Position numbers and translations under genes: made by a program
Shown here: positions 9,931 to 20,055 of the stretch, in pieces
Position numbering within the stretch: position 1 is the stretch's first letter
Layout: each line of letters starts with the position of its first letter
NCBI GenBank assembly: GCA_964603585.1
Contig: CAZRVK010000001.1
Span: 335,856 to 399,855, forward strand
DNA length: 64,000 nucleotides
Direction: 5' to 3'
Origin: an uncultured Planctomycetales bacterium
Lineage (GTDB): Bacteria > Omnitrophota > Gorgyraeia > Gygaellales > Profunditerraquicolaceae
The notes under the pieces: generated by a model
The model's input: only the letters and a program-made list of their open reading frames with translations
Database searches by the model: none
Told to the model about the DNA's origin: nothing

Positions 9931-9959
9931 TATTATCCCAGAAACAGGTTGTTTGTCAA
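9931..9959 (-). promoter_or_regulatory. candidate sigma70-type promoter for ptsN (minus strand: TTGACA-N17-ATAATA)
   Basis: Complement of 9954-9959 = TTGACA, complement of 9931-9936 = ATAATA, 17-nt spacer. Lies ~70 nt upstream of the ptsN start codon. Confidence 0.4.
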
Positions 9960-10007
9960 GTTTTATATAACAAACGCCCTTTAAGTATCCAGTTCAAAGA
10001 AAGATAC

Positions 10008-10517
10008 TTACAACCACCCGCATAAAGCCAGGGCGCAAACCGATTTCGCATCAACTATTTTTTTATCCCTGAACAACTTCTGTACCTTATGCTTATCCAG
10101 AATGCGGATATTGATAACCTCATCTGCTTCTGCCGCAGTTTGTATTTTCTTCAACCCCGTTGCCTGATAAATAAAGATCCTTTCCGTAGAATATCCCGGC
10201 ACCGGATAAACACTCCCCAGCAGCCTCAATTTTCCGGAGGAAAAACCGGTCTCCTCGATAAGTTCCCGCTTAGCACAAGATACGGGAGATTCTTTGCCTT
10301 CAATAGTCCCGGCAGGCAGCTCAAAAAGGTATGCATTGACTACCGGTCGAAACTGCCTTAAAAAGACCATCCGGTCCTTATCCAGAAAAGGAACGATCAA
10401 TGCCGCCCCGGGATGCAGAATAACTTCCAGTTTCATCACATGCCGATTAGGCAGACAAACCGTTTTAGAGATCAACTTGAGTATCCTTCCCTGATAAATC
10501 AGCTTAGAATCCCGCAT
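10008..10517 (-). CDS. NUDIX hydrolase (ADP-ribose pyrophosphatase-like)
   Basis: Nudix box ..GKESPVSCAKRELIEETGF.. (GX5EX7REUXEEXGU). Confidence 0.75.
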   Translation of the reverse strand: MRDSKLIYQGRILKLISKTVCLPNRHVMKLEVILHPGAALIVPFLDKDRMVFLRQFRPVVNAYLFELPAGTIEGKESPVSCAKRELIEETGFSSGKLRLLGSVYPVPGYSTERIFIYQATGLKKIQTAAEADEVINIRILDKHKVQKLFRDKKIVDAKSVCALALCGWL

Positions 10518-12955
10518 TAACCATCCTTTCTTAAATCCCTGGGTAAAACAACAATAAAACTGCTTCCCTGCCCAGGCTGGCTCTCAACCCAGATCTTACC
10601 GCCATGAAGCTCCACAATACCTTTAGCTATGGGAAGCCCCAAACCAGTACCCTCCTGGCGTTCACTGGCAATACGCTCAAACTTATCGAATATCTTATCC
10701 ACATATTCCTTAGGGATTCCCGAGCCTGTATCACTGACCTCAAAACGGACCTGCTCATTTGTACCCGAAAGTTTGAGTGTAATAGCACCGCCGCAAGATG
10801 TATATTTTATCGCATTATTCAGAAGATTAATGACTACCTCTGTTAATTTATCCCTGTCAGCCCAGATAAAACCCACATCCGGCTGGATATCTTCCTTGTA
10901 TATAAGCTGTTTTTTGGCTATTTCCAAGGCATAACCAGAAACGATCTCTTTGACTAATTTAATGATATCTACCTGTTCCCGGACTAAAGACATTTTTCCC
11001 GATTCTATTTTAGCAATATCCAGAAGGTCGGCTACTAAACGAATAAGCCGGTTAATATTAGACCTGGCAGTCAAGATCAAATCCTCTTGTTTTGGATTAA
11101 TATCCCCTACAATCCGGTCAAGGATTAAACCCAGAGATTCTTTGATTATCGATAAAGGATTTCTAAACTCATGAGAAACATTATCCACGAAATCTGATTT
11201 ACGCTGGTCAAGTTCCTGTAATTTTTTGTTCGCCTCCTTTAAGTATTCCTGGGCTTTTTTATGTTCAGTGATATCCCTTATTACCCCGACAATGAATTTA
11301 TTTCCCATACTATCGGTATATAATCCCTTTTTAGTCACGATCACCGAAGTTTGGCCTTGCGTATCCGTAAAGAACTCCTCATTTGTATTCTCCCTCCCGC
11401 TCAAAAAAACCTCTTCATCTTTCTTCAAGAATACTTCAACCTGGCTTTTCGGGAAAAAATCAGAATCGCTTTTACCGATAACATCACTCTCCAGGCGGCC
11501 TAAAAACAGACAGAAACTGTTATTGACCAGGATAAACTTATGCCCACGATCCTTTACAAATATAGGATCCACCACCGAATTGATTATTTTTCCCAGGAAT
11601 TCTTTTGAACGGCTCAACTCCCGGTTCGCAATAGCCTTGAGTTGAAAGATCACGAAGAAACTGCAGATTAAGAACATAGCCCCCAGGGTAATAATTATCC
11701 CGAAAAGGCGGTGAGAAAAAACATACCGCATCCATTTGCCAAAATCAGTATCCATCCCCAAAACCGCCAATATCTCTGTGCTTTGCAGATCCCTTAACGG
11801 CACAAATGCCGAGATCCATTTCCCCCATTGGTCCTTGAAAGGGCCGACCACAAGGCTTTTGCCATTCAAGAAACATTCCATTAGCGCCAGCGGGGGATTA
11901 TGATAAATATCCCCCGGAGCTGAATAATCCGAGGAATTTTTGGGCTCGGAATCGGCATAGAAAAATATGGTTTTCCCTCGTGCACCCAACAAATAAACGA
12001 ATCTTTGATCCGGAGTTGCCCGGTTTATTTGATATAACTGCTCCTTTAAACGGATATAATCCTCACTGTTAAGATCATCAATCGAGCCAGTAAGGGCATT
12101 GATTCTCAAGGGATTAATTCCCGCAGTAACAATACGGGCATTAATCAATAAACCGTCATTAAAATTATTCTTATAATACCTGCCAATGGCTTCTGTGCCA
12201 GCCCAACCTGCTGTTACAATCAGCAAAAAAATAATTAAGGGAATATATAGTTCTTTGGGGTTTTTAGAAACCACAAAATATTTATCCAAGGATTTATAAT
12301 AAAACCACAGGAAAAATGAAGCGCTCAAAACAAGGCATGTCCTAAGAAGCTGGATCGGAAAACCAAAGGTTTGCAAGAAACTATCATAATTCAATACCGA
12401 TGCCGGAAAAAATCGTGCTTCCGGGGCAACCGCTTGGGTCAAAGCATACACGCCTAAAACAGCGGCAAACCAGCCCAACCTGCCGTTTACCACCATTCTC
12501 TTATTGGCATCTTTAGAGGCCAATAAAATGTATACTGCCCCTACCCCGCAGACCACACCAAGAATATACCGGAAAAATACGTTTGCACCATTAAGGCCTT
12601 CAAGCCGCCATCCGAGTAAAAAGAACAGAACAAACGGGATAAAAAACCATTGCACAGGATTCTTACCTGATTGAAAATATATACAGCTAAGGCAGGCTTC
12701 AAGAAAACAGATCAAAGAAACGGTTAAAAAACCCAATCTAACAAGCTGGAACAGGTAATGGTCCCCAAGACTAAAAGCTGCCAGATCCAGCCACTCATTT
12801 ATTGCGTAAAAAGCCCCAAACAACCCCAGCCATTTCCAGAATTTTTTATTTTTATCCAATGAAAACAATAAAAAGCCAATGATCGAAAGGAGCCCAAAAC
12901 TTGCCCCACAAACAAAATAAATGTAATCAATCTGTTCTAAGAAAATACTCGCCAT
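10517..12955 (-). CDS. multi-TM sensor histidine kinase (N-terminal ~8 TM helices, extracytoplasmic sensor domain, PAS, HisKA, HATPase_c)
   Basis: 812 aa. H-box ..SHEFRNPLSII.., G1/G2 boxes (..DTGSGIP.., ..GTGLGL..). PAS-like segment after the last TM. Long hydrophobic N-terminus. Confidence 0.8.
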   Translation of the reverse strand: MASIFLEQIDYIYFVCGASFGLLSIIGFLLFSLDKNKKFWKWLGLFGAFYAINEWLDLAAFSLGDHYLFQLVRLGFLTVSLICFLEACLSCIYFQSGKNPVQWFFIPFVLFFLLGWRLEGLNGANVFFRYILGVVCGVGAVYILLASKDANKRMVVNGRLGWFAAVLGVYALTQAVAPEARFFPASVLNYDSFLQTFGFPIQLLRTCLVLSASFFLWFYYKSLDKYFVVSKNPKELYIPLIIFLLIVTAGWAGTEAIGRYYKNNFNDGLLINARIVTAGINPLRINALTGSIDDLNSEDYIRLKEQLYQINRATPDQRFVYLLGARGKTIFFYADSEPKNSSDYSAPGDIYHNPPLALMECFLNGKSLVVGPFKDQWGKWISAFVPLRDLQSTEILAVLGMDTDFGKWMRYVFSHRLFGIIITLGAMFLICSFFVIFQLKAIANRELSRSKEFLGKIINSVVDPIFVKDRGHKFILVNNSFCLFLGRLESDVIGKSDSDFFPKSQVEVFLKKDEEVFLSGRENTNEEFFTDTQGQTSVIVTKKGLYTDSMGNKFIVGVIRDITEHKKAQEYLKEANKKLQELDQRKSDFVDNVSHEFRNPLSIIKESLGLILDRIVGDINPKQEDLILTARSNINRLIRLVADLLDIAKIESGKMSLVREQVDIIKLVKEIVSGYALEIAKKQLIYKEDIQPDVGFIWADRDKLTEVVINLLNNAIKYTSCGGAITLKLSGTNEQVRFEVSDTGSGIPKEYVDKIFDKFERIASERQEGTGLGLPIAKGIVELHGGKIWVESQPGQGSSFIVVLPRDLRKDG

Positions 12956-12988
12956 AAGTTTACCGTGATCACCTCAAGAATTTATTGC

Positions 12989-13026
12989 AAAAAAAAAGGC
13001 AGATTCTATGGAATAGAAACTGCCTT
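12989..13026 (-). terminator. rho-independent terminator downstream of DEAD-box helicase gene
   Basis: Imperfect 11-bp hairpin GGCAGaTTCTAT-ggaa-ATAGAAaCTGCC, preceded on + by A9 (= T9 after the hairpin on the minus strand). Confidence 0.5.
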
Positions 13027-13115
13027 AAAGATCACAAATCTTGGCTTAGACGGCATCCTGTCGCTTATGCAAATAGTGACAACCCCTTATTCAAACCTAA
13101 ACTCAATCAATACAT

Positions 13116-14402
13116 TCACCTTTTACTAAAAGGAGAAAACTTCCGATTACGGTTCTGCCTTTGTTTATATGGCGGACGAAAATGTTTTTTATTTGACCGT
13201 GCCGGCCTTGCCTGCGCTGAAACATCGTTAAATGACTCTTCCGGCAATCCCGGCAATTTTGCCACAGGTAAATTAGTCTTTATTAATTTCTCTATATCTC
13301 TAACATCGCTTTTTTGGTCCGGAGTCGCAAAAGAGACCGCATGCCCCATATGCCCGGCCCTGCCGGTACGGCCAATCCGATGCACATAATTCTCGGCATC
13401 TTCCGGAAGGTCATAATTGATCACAAGCTCTATTCCAGTAACATCAATGCCGCGCGCGGCAATATCTGTCGCCACCAAAACCTTGTACTTACCGGACTTG
13501 AATCCTTCCAGGGCTTCGCGGCGCTGATTAAGTGAACGATTGGAATGTATCTCGGTAGCGCTATATTTCATATCCCGGATATCGCGGGCGATCTTTCTGG
13601 CATTATGCTTAGTCCGGGAGAATAAAAGCACCGCACCATGATACTGTGCAAGTATCTTTCGTAAAAGCTGTAATTTTGCATCTTTTTTTACAATGAATAA
13701 TTCCTGGCTAACACGTTCAGCTACCGTTCCCGAAGGCGCGATCTCAACACTTAAAGGAAGCTTCATATGCCTTGTTGCTATATCCATGATCTCCTTGGGC
13801 ATCGTTGCCGAAAAAAGCATGGTTTGCCTCTCTTTTGGCAGGAACCTTAAGATCTTCTCTACTTGAGGGGTAAACCCCATGTCCAGCATCCGATCAGCCT
13901 CATCCAAAACCAGCATGACTACATCTTCAAGAGAAATGTTCCAATGGCTCATATGATCGATCAATCTGCCCGGGGTTGCGATAACTATACGCGGAGAGCG
14001 ATGCAATGCCTGCGTCTGTTCATACATCGGAGCCCCTCCAATCAAACAGGCAGTACGCATGCCATACGGATGCGCGATCCCTTGGCACGCCTCATCGATC
14101 TGCAAAGCCAGCTCACGGGTAGGAGCAAGCACCAGCCCCATACCTTTCTTCTGCGCCAAAAGCTGAACCATCGGAATAACAAATGAATGGGTCTTGCCGG
14201 TCCCTGTTTGAGCAATACCTAAAATATCCTTGCCTTGAAGAGCTAAAGGAATCGCTTTAACCTGGATCGGGGTAGGAACCTTGAATTTTATACGTTCCAG
14301 TATGTCAAGTATCTTAGGCGCAATACCGAGCCCGTAAAATCCCTGTTCACTGGCACCACCTTGAACACGATTATCATGATTATCCACCTTTTGTGTCGTC
14401 AT
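13116..14402 (-). CDS. DEAD-box ATP-dependent RNA helicase (RhlE/DeaD family)
   Basis: Q motif, Walker A AQTGTGKT, DEAD box VLDEADRMLDMGF, SAT, HRIGRTGRAG. Basic C-terminal tail. Confidence 0.9.
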   Translation of the reverse strand: MTTQKVDNHDNRVQGGASEQGFYGLGIAPKILDILERIKFKVPTPIQVKAIPLALQGKDILGIAQTGTGKTHSFVIPMVQLLAQKKGMGLVLAPTRELALQIDEACQGIAHPYGMRTACLIGGAPMYEQTQALHRSPRIVIATPGRLIDHMSHWNISLEDVVMLVLDEADRMLDMGFTPQVEKILRFLPKERQTMLFSATMPKEIMDIATRHMKLPLSVEIAPSGTVAERVSQELFIVKKDAKLQLLRKILAQYHGAVLLFSRTKHNARKIARDIRDMKYSATEIHSNRSLNQRREALEGFKSGKYKVLVATDIAARGIDVTGIELVINYDLPEDAENYVHRIGRTGRAGHMGHAVSFATPDQKSDVRDIEKLIKTNLPVAKLPGLPEESFNDVSAQARPARSNKKHFRPPYKQRQNRNRKFSPFSKR

Positions 14403-14404
14403 AC

Positions 14405-14548
14405 TTAGCCCCCTTTTACTTTCTGCTTGCGATCAAAATGGCCAAGATGAATATGACAAAACGGCTCATGATTGTAAATGCTAAGGATCTGCTTACAATG
14501 CGGGAATTTGCACTTTCTTCCTTTATCTGAAGTCTTCACTTTTTTCAT
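14405..14548 (-). CDS. unannotated 47-aa Cys/His-rich small protein, translationally coupled to the helicase gene
   Basis: Minus-strand ATG at 14548-14546 to TAA at 14407-14405 gives MKKVKTSDKGRKCKFPHCKQILSIYNHEPFCHIHLGHFDRKQKVKGG, with C-x4-C ... C-x-H-x3-H spacing. The stop lies 2 nt before the helicase ATG, and a GGGGG RBS for the helicase sits inside its 3' end. Below the 60-aa cutoff of the ORF track. Confidence 0.4.
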   Translation of the reverse strand: MKKVKTSDKGRKCKFPHCKQILSIYNHEPFCHIHLGHFDRKQKVKGG

Positions 14549-14569
14549 CGCCATTTCCACCAATTATAA

Positions 14570-15652
14570 TTAAGGCTTTAAACAAGCCCTTGCATCCCTG
14601 ACCAGTTCAGCGATCAAATCCTTTACCGGGATGATCTCTTTAATACGATAAGCATTACTGCCGCACATAGCAAAACCTTTATCCATCTCCCCGCGAGAAG
14701 CATTAAGCAGCGCCTTGGCAATACAATAATTGACTTCTTTGGGATTACAAGTGACCAGGCATTTATACTCACAACCAAAATCCATGCGTTCACCTTTTGA
14801 AATCCGTTTTACGAAATCGTTGCGAATAACCCTTCCTGGCATACCTACCGGGCTCTGGATGATCACAATATCCTCTTCTTTGACATTCAGGTACTCTTCT
14901 TTATATTTAATAGAAACATCGCATTCAGTAGTACAAACAAAACGCGTCGCCATCTGTACCGCACTGGCTCCCAAACGAATAACCCGGGCGATATCCTGCC
15001 CGTCGAATATCCCGCCAGCAGCAATAACCGGTATTTTATGCCCATCTTTTTCAAATTCAACTACTACCTTGAGCACATCCTTTAGGATATTATCCAGAGT
15101 AAAATGCTCTTTATCCGCAAGCTCTTCCAAACTGTACCCAAGATGCCCTCCGGCAAGAGGCCCCTCAACCACAATTGCATCCGGCAGGCGGTTATACCGC
15201 CTCCTCCAGGTATTGCAAATAATATGCGCAGCCCTGCCGGAAGAAACAATAGGAACAAGTTTAGTAGAACTGTTCTTGATTAAAGACGGTAATTTAAGAG
15301 GCAGTCCGGCCCCAGAGATAATCACATCTACCGCTTCTTCCTGGGCAGCATCCACCAGATCGTCATAATTAGATAAAGCGCACATGATATTAACACCAAA
15401 ACTTTTCTTGGTCAATTCACGCGTTTGCCGGATCATCTTAACAAAAGCCAGCCGGGACCTTGTCTTATAATCCTGTCCTTTAAGATCGCCTTCTTCACCT
15501 AAACCAACAGCGGCAATAACCCCTAAAGCTCCTTCATTGGAGACACTGGAAACTAAGGATTCCCCGGACACACGCACCCCCATCCCTCCCTGAATGATCG
15601 GGACAGCGATCTTTAAATTACCAATACACAAATCCTTGAATTCAGAGTTCAT
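14570..15652 (-). CDS. NAD(P)H-dependent flavin oxidoreductase, nitronate monooxygenase / FabK-like (TIM barrel)
   Basis: ..IQGGMGVRVSG.. and ..IAAGGIFDGQD.. FMN-binding signatures of the NMO/2-nitropropane dioxygenase/FabK family. Confidence 0.75.
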   Translation of the reverse strand: MNSEFKDLCIGNLKIAVPIIQGGMGVRVSGESLVSSVSNEGALGVIAAVGLGEEGDLKGQDYKTRSRLAFVKMIRQTRELTKKSFGVNIMCALSNYDDLVDAAQEEAVDVIISGAGLPLKLPSLIKNSSTKLVPIVSSGRAAHIICNTWRRRYNRLPDAIVVEGPLAGGHLGYSLEELADKEHFTLDNILKDVLKVVVEFEKDGHKIPVIAAGGIFDGQDIARVIRLGASAVQMATRFVCTTECDVSIKYKEEYLNVKEEDIVIIQSPVGMPGRVIRNDFVKRISKGERMDFGCEYKCLVTCNPKEVNYCIAKALLNASRGEMDKGFAMCGSNAYRIKEIIPVKDLIAELVRDARACLKP

Positions 15653-15834
15653 ATCCGTCTCTTTCCATTTTTAATGCGCGGCATTATCGCGTTAACAAAA
15701 AAAGCCGTAAAGGTTAGTAATCAAAGCAGTCTTCCCTTTCCGGCCCCGAGATTTTCTAAACTTTAGTTGACAACTTATTTAGTATACCATCATAATCAAG
15801 ATTGTCAAAGATAATTTTAAGTCCTTGTTTTTGG

Positions 15835-17070
15835 CTAACATAAATCATAACTTTTTGGAACTTTACACCTAAACCAAAACCCCGCAAAAAACGTAGTACA
15901 AAGCGCGGTCAAAACAAGCGTAACATAAAATAACTCGTTAATAATTCCAAGATCCAAAGATACACCCGCCAAGATAATTCCCACTGCTCCTTTAGTATTC
16001 ATTGCAACAGCCAAATCCAAACTGGTATTGATCCCTTGATTCATTAAGCGTGCGGCAAAAAACGTCCCAATACTGCCAAAAACTATTGTAAAGAATAAAA
16101 ACCAAATAAAAAAAACCGGATTGAAATGATGCACCAGATCAAGGCCAAAACCAACGAATGCGAAATAAACAGGAATAAACAGGCGTTGAGAAATCTCACA
16201 AATATTCCTTTTATCCTGATCGAATTTTCCTTGAGATACCTTTCCAAAAACGATCCCGAAAATAAAAACACTAAGGACCATGTTCACATTCAAAAAAGCC
16301 GCAAAAACCATAAAAGCAAGTAAAATAAGAAAAATACTCGATTTAGCTAAAAATGAGGATTGTAAATTGATAAACATCCGTAAAATCCGAGGCAGGAGGT
16401 AAAAAGCCACCCCCAGACAGGTAAACGTAGCCAGGGGAATCATATAAATTCCCGAAAAATTTGTTGCATTTATACTTACCAAACTTCCGGCAATCGCTAC
16501 CGCCACCCAAAGAATAACATCGTGAGAAGCAGCAGTTAAAAGTACAATTTTAGAAAAACGAGAATTGATTATGCCAATATCTAGGAATATTTTAGAAAGT
16601 ACCGGAATCGCTGTTAAAGCCAAGCTAACCGCAATGACGATCCTAAATGCCAAAAGATTATCCTTAGGGCCAATAAATACAGAGAAATCATAAAACAAAG
16701 GCAAAAACCAGCCCGCGAGGAATGGAATAATTGTCGCTCCGGCAAAAATCGCCGCAATAATTTTCTTATCCTTTCCAGTAATGGTGTTTTGGATCTCGAA
16801 ACCTGAAATAAACATCAGAAGCACCAAACCCAGCCAGGAAAAGAATGAATTGAATTGATTCTGGAAAGCTGAACCACTGAATAACCATCGTTGCACCACC
16901 GGCAAGAAATACCCAAAAACCGTAGGCCCCCATAAAAATCCGCCTAAGATCTCTCCGATAACTCGAGGGAAGCGATGTCTATGGAAAAACCACCCCAAAA
17001 GATGCGCTGATCCCAACAAAAGCGTTATTGCCAGGCATAACCTTGTAATCAGTAAACATTGTGCCAGCAT
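15835..17070 (-). CDS. cation:proton antiporter (Na+/H+ exchanger family, CPA-type)
   Basis: 411 aa. ~11-12 TM helices with Na_H_Exchanger-like pattern. No soluble domains. Confidence 0.65.
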   Translation of the reverse strand: MLAQCLLITRLCLAITLLLGSAHLLGWFFHRHRFPRVIGEILGGFLWGPTVFGYFLPVVQRWLFSGSAFQNQFNSFFSWLGLVLLMFISGFEIQNTITGKDKKIIAAIFAGATIIPFLAGWFLPLFYDFSVFIGPKDNLLAFRIVIAVSLALTAIPVLSKIFLDIGIINSRFSKIVLLTAASHDVILWVAVAIAGSLVSINATNFSGIYMIPLATFTCLGVAFYLLPRILRMFINLQSSFLAKSSIFLILLAFMVFAAFLNVNMVLSVFIFGIVFGKVSQGKFDQDKRNICEISQRLFIPVYFAFVGFGLDLVHHFNPVFFIWFLFFTIVFGSIGTFFAARLMNQGINTSLDLAVAMNTKGAVGIILAGVSLDLGIINELFYVTLVLTALCTTFFAGFWFRCKVPKSYDLC

Positions 17071-17090
17071 TAAATCTCCCTAAAAATCAC

Positions 17091-18716
17091 CTACAATTTA
17101 TCCCTGCGGATATAATATCTTTCTTTACCAATCAATTTTTGAATATAATTTTCCTGAACAAAAGAAATAAGCCGCTTGTAATCAACCGCAGAAATCAATC
17201 TTTTCTGAAATAGCTCCAAGATAAAATCTTTTTCAAGGAAATTTCTGATTATAACCGCCGGGCGTTTATGTATGATCTCTGATACAACCCCCTTTGCTCC
17301 AATATCATTTCCCATACAAATAAAAATATCCGCATAATCAAATGACCACGTAGAATATACCCTTGTAGCATCGAATGCAAACACAGGATGAATTGGCAGG
17401 AAAACCACGCAAGTATCATTGATACAATATCGCATCAATTCCTCTACCGCTAATTTATCCCGGAAAAAAGAAGTTTTTTCGGTATTACATACCCACATCA
17501 TATTAGGCGTTACCAGGGCGCTGAACAATACTCCGCCGACCACCGCGCGCGCGGCCAAAGAGGATATTTTGCCAAGGATATCCGGGATATTACAGCCGCT
17601 TATGATTATCGAAGAAACCAGGCACCAAAACCCCAGATAATGCCCGCCATTGACATTGGAAGTGGTGGTCAAAGAACTAAGCGTAGTCAATAAAAAAGCC
17701 GCCAGCATGATCATGCTTTTGGTACCGGGAATTCTCCGAAAACGTTCAAACAAAAGATAACACCCCCACCACCCCATAACAACAATAACTAACGGCATGT
17801 ATACGGAGAATATTATTATAGACTTATTGAAACTTAACACCCAGTAAATAAAATCCTGCAGGATATTGCGGCTGGACAGATATGCCAATAAAGGCAATAC
17901 TCCAGTCACCAACCCCAGAACATAAATTGCCAATTTAGATACCCAATACTTCTTATCACCAAAAAAAACGGCTATCACCGGCAAAAGAAACAATAAATAC
18001 TGCTTTACAAGAAATGATGCGGCCAGTGAAAATGCGACCCCGGCACAGAAGCAGGGAAACAGTCTTTTTTCGGGTATTTGAAAAGATGTATATACTCCTG
18101 CCAGCAAAAAAGCAACCATAAAAATATCCGGCTTCAACAATAAAAACTCCGCAATAATTGCAGTCGAAGAAACAATCAAAAGATAGCTGGACAAAGCGGC
18201 GCTCTTTTGCCAGACAACCTTAGCTATCTGCCAGGCAAGAAAAACATTAAGAATAAACACCGATCCGGAGAGGATGCGGCTAAGGTCAAAAACCACCGCA
18301 TTATGCGGAAGTAGTCTAAAAAAAGGCGCCAGCACCACCCATAAAAAAGGTGAATGATGCTGCCAAAAATCCTTATAAGGAATCAAACCCTGGGATACCA
18401 GCCAGCTTAAGTGCAAATGTCCCGAGCCATCATGATCAAGCCTAAAGAAAAACACCCAGGCTAAAAGCAACAGGAAATTTACCGCAATAACAGGGGCCAG
18501 GCTGAATGCACGCTTATTCTTCATGCAAATATACAGCCAACAGGAGAATAAAACGGATAAAACCAAGAAGAACAATACGGCAAACGGGTCCTTAAAACGA
18601 GCCACAAATTCAATCATTACCGGCCTCTTCCATATCCAGGTTCCATATATCCTCTTGCGCGCCAAGGATATTATCAGCAGCCAAAAACCCTGTAAGCACC
18701 GAGTGATCCATTCCAT
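17091..18716 (-). CDS. polytopic membrane protein, GT-C-type glycosyltransferase-like (ArnT/PMT-like), paralog 1
   Basis: ~12 TM helices. Conserved block ..DHDGSGHLHLSWLVSQGLIPYKDFWQHHSPFLWVVLAPF.. and C-terminal ..IIHKRPAVIIRNFLEKDF.. shared with the ORF at 20015-21541. Real start probably internal (MIEFVARF.., ~18617). Confidence 0.45.
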   Translation of the reverse strand: MEWITRCLQGFWLLIISLARKRIYGTWIWKRPVMIEFVARFKDPFAVLFFLVLSVLFSCWLYICMKNKRAFSLAPVIAVNFLLLLAWVFFFRLDHDGSGHLHLSWLVSQGLIPYKDFWQHHSPFLWVVLAPFFRLLPHNAVVFDLSRILSGSVFILNVFLAWQIAKVVWQKSAALSSYLLIVSSTAIIAEFLLLKPDIFMVAFLLAGVYTSFQIPEKRLFPCFCAGVAFSLAASFLVKQYLLFLLPVIAVFFGDKKYWVSKLAIYVLGLVTGVLPLLAYLSSRNILQDFIYWVLSFNKSIIIFSVYMPLVIVVMGWWGCYLLFERFRRIPGTKSMIMLAAFLLTTLSSLTTTSNVNGGHYLGFWCLVSSIIISGCNIPDILGKISSLAARAVVGGVLFSALVTPNMMWVCNTEKTSFFRDKLAVEELMRYCINDTCVVFLPIHPVFAFDATRVYSTWSFDYADIFICMGNDIGAKGVVSEIIHKRPAVIIRNFLEKDFILELFQKRLISAVDYKRLISFVQENYIQKLIGKERYYIRRDKL

Positions 18717-20055
18717 TATAATGGAACATCCCGTACCTACCGATACATTGTAAATTAGAAAATCCTTTCAAAAAACTCTTTATCTGCTCAAGGGAGCTTA
18801 AATAATTCTTTTCATATACAGGATAGGCTTTGGCGACCCTAAACACTAAAACATCCTGAATATCACTCTTTGAAACGAGATTTAATTCCTCTATATCCTT
18901 GACCGCCAGATCGATCAAGGCCTCATCACTTTGAGACCAGAAACCATCCAACTCATCGCAAAAATACTCCAAGCACAAAGAACTGGTGTCTTTGACTGCC
19001 AGCATATCCCGACTCCAGTTGCGAAAATTCTGTATCCGGGCAACCTTGACCTTAGGAGAATGTATATAAATCCAATTATCCTTAAAAAGATCATCCCTTT
19101 TTACGATCAAATACACTAAAATCATACTGCGATACCGTAAATTCGCGCAACTCTGCAGTACCTGGTCAGGAGGAGAAGGCCGCATCCGGCTGACCAGGGA
19201 GGTGATCGGCATACTCGAACAAAAATCGCTTCCTTTGACCTCAAGAAAATCCCCGTTTTGCATATCCTTACAGACCAGGCAAACAATATTATTATAGTCA
19301 TGCCTTATCTCAACCACCTGGCGGTTGAGCAGTATCTGGCCGCCTTGTTCGGTTATAATCCGCGCCGCGGCTTCGTACATCATCCCCGCCCCCAAACGGG
19401 GAAAATAAAATTTCTTTATCATGGATTTCACCGCATTATTACGCCCTCCGGATAAAGCATTGCGTATCGCCGCAGATAAAGAAACCCCGCGGATCCTCTC
19501 TGCCGCCCAATCCGGAGAGATCCTGGCACAATCCAGGCCCCAGACTTTTTCGGAATAGTTTTTAAAAAAGGTCTTATACAACCTTTTACCAAAACGCCTG
19601 ATCAGCCATTGCTCCAGATTCATCTCCTTTTGCCCAAAATACACCCTGCTTTTTAAATAACTGAACAGTATTAAAACAGAATCCATCAGGCCTAAACCTG
19701 ACAGGACGCCATTGATACTGATAGGATAATGGAAATATCTACCTTTATAAAATATCTTCGAAGACCTGGCAACCGTTAAAAAATCTTCTTTTAAGATATC
19801 CTTCCACCAAGCAAGCACTTCGGGGCGCTTAGAAAAAAACCGATGGCCGCCCAGGTCAAGGTAATTCCCCTTATAATTTATGGTACGGCTGATCCCCCCC
19901 ACCTGGGCATCCTGCTCAAGGACAACGGTGTTGACCCCATTCAAAGAAAGCCGATAGCCCGCCGCAACTCCTGCGGGCCCGGCTCCGATAATCACTGCTT
20001 TCCTGGTTTTTATGTCAGAATTTATCATTGCGAATATAGTAACTACCATTACCAA
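18610..20055 (-). CDS. FAD/NAD(P)-binding oxidoreductase of the amine-oxidase / UDP-galactopyranose-mutase-like superfamily
   Basis: Rossmann dinucleotide motif ..VIIGAGPAGVAAGYRL.. then ..GGHRFF.. and ..NYSEKVWG.. resembling Glf motifs. 481 aa (longer than canonical Glf). Likely start at MINSDIK (~20028). Confidence 0.55.
   Translation of the reverse strand: MVMVVTIFAMINSDIKTRKAVIIGAGPAGVAAGYRLSLNGVNTVVLEQDAQVGGISRTINYKGNYLDLGGHRFFSKRPEVLAWWKDILKEDFLTVARSSKIFYKGRYFHYPISINGVLSGLGLMDSVLILFSYLKSRVYFGQKEMNLEQWLIRRFGKRLYKTFFKNYSEKVWGLDCARISPDWAAERIRGVSLSAAIRNALSGGRNNAVKSMIKKFYFPRLGAGMMYEAAARIITEQGGQILLNRQVVEIRHDYNNIVCLVCKDMQNGDFLEVKGSDFCSSMPITSLVSRMRPSPPDQVLQSCANLRYRSMILVYLIVKRDDLFKDNWIYIHSPKVKVARIQNFRNWSRDMLAVKDTSSLCLEYFCDELDGFWSQSDEALIDLAVKDIEELNLVSKSDIQDVLVFRVAKAYPVYEKNYLSSLEQIKSFLKGFSNLQCIGRYGMFHYNGMDHSVLTGFLAADNILGAQEDIWNLDMEEAGND

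Noticed and set aside
12985-13389. 134-aa plus-strand ORF spanning the sensor-kinase/helicase intergenic region
   Set aside because: It overlaps the terminator hairpin and the 3' end of the DEAD-box helicase. There is no RBS, and the translation is Cys/Arg-rich nonsense.
14730-15368. 212-aa plus-strand ORF (and similar plus-strand ORFs at 27378-27836, 29979-30470, 32467-33006, 33851-34552, 36458-36919, 37280-37774, 39661-40125, 42326-42838, 42808-43380, 44968-45456)
   Set aside because: Each lies entirely antisense to a longer minus-strand ORF with clear protein-family signatures. Their translations are low-complexity (S/P/R-rich) with no recognisable motifs, so they are shadow ORFs.
15763-15795. 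TTGACA ... CATAAT promoter-like sequence on the plus strand
   Set aside because: Both flanking genes are on the minus strand, so a plus-strand promoter here would drive nothing obvious. It is probably a chance match in AT-rich intergenic DNA.
18610-20055. Firm call as UDP-galactopyranose mutase (glf)
   Set aside because: Motif resemblance only. The protein is ~80-110 aa longer than typical Glf, and amine-oxidase-family enzymes share the same N-terminal pattern. I kept it as 'Glf-like flavoenzyme'.
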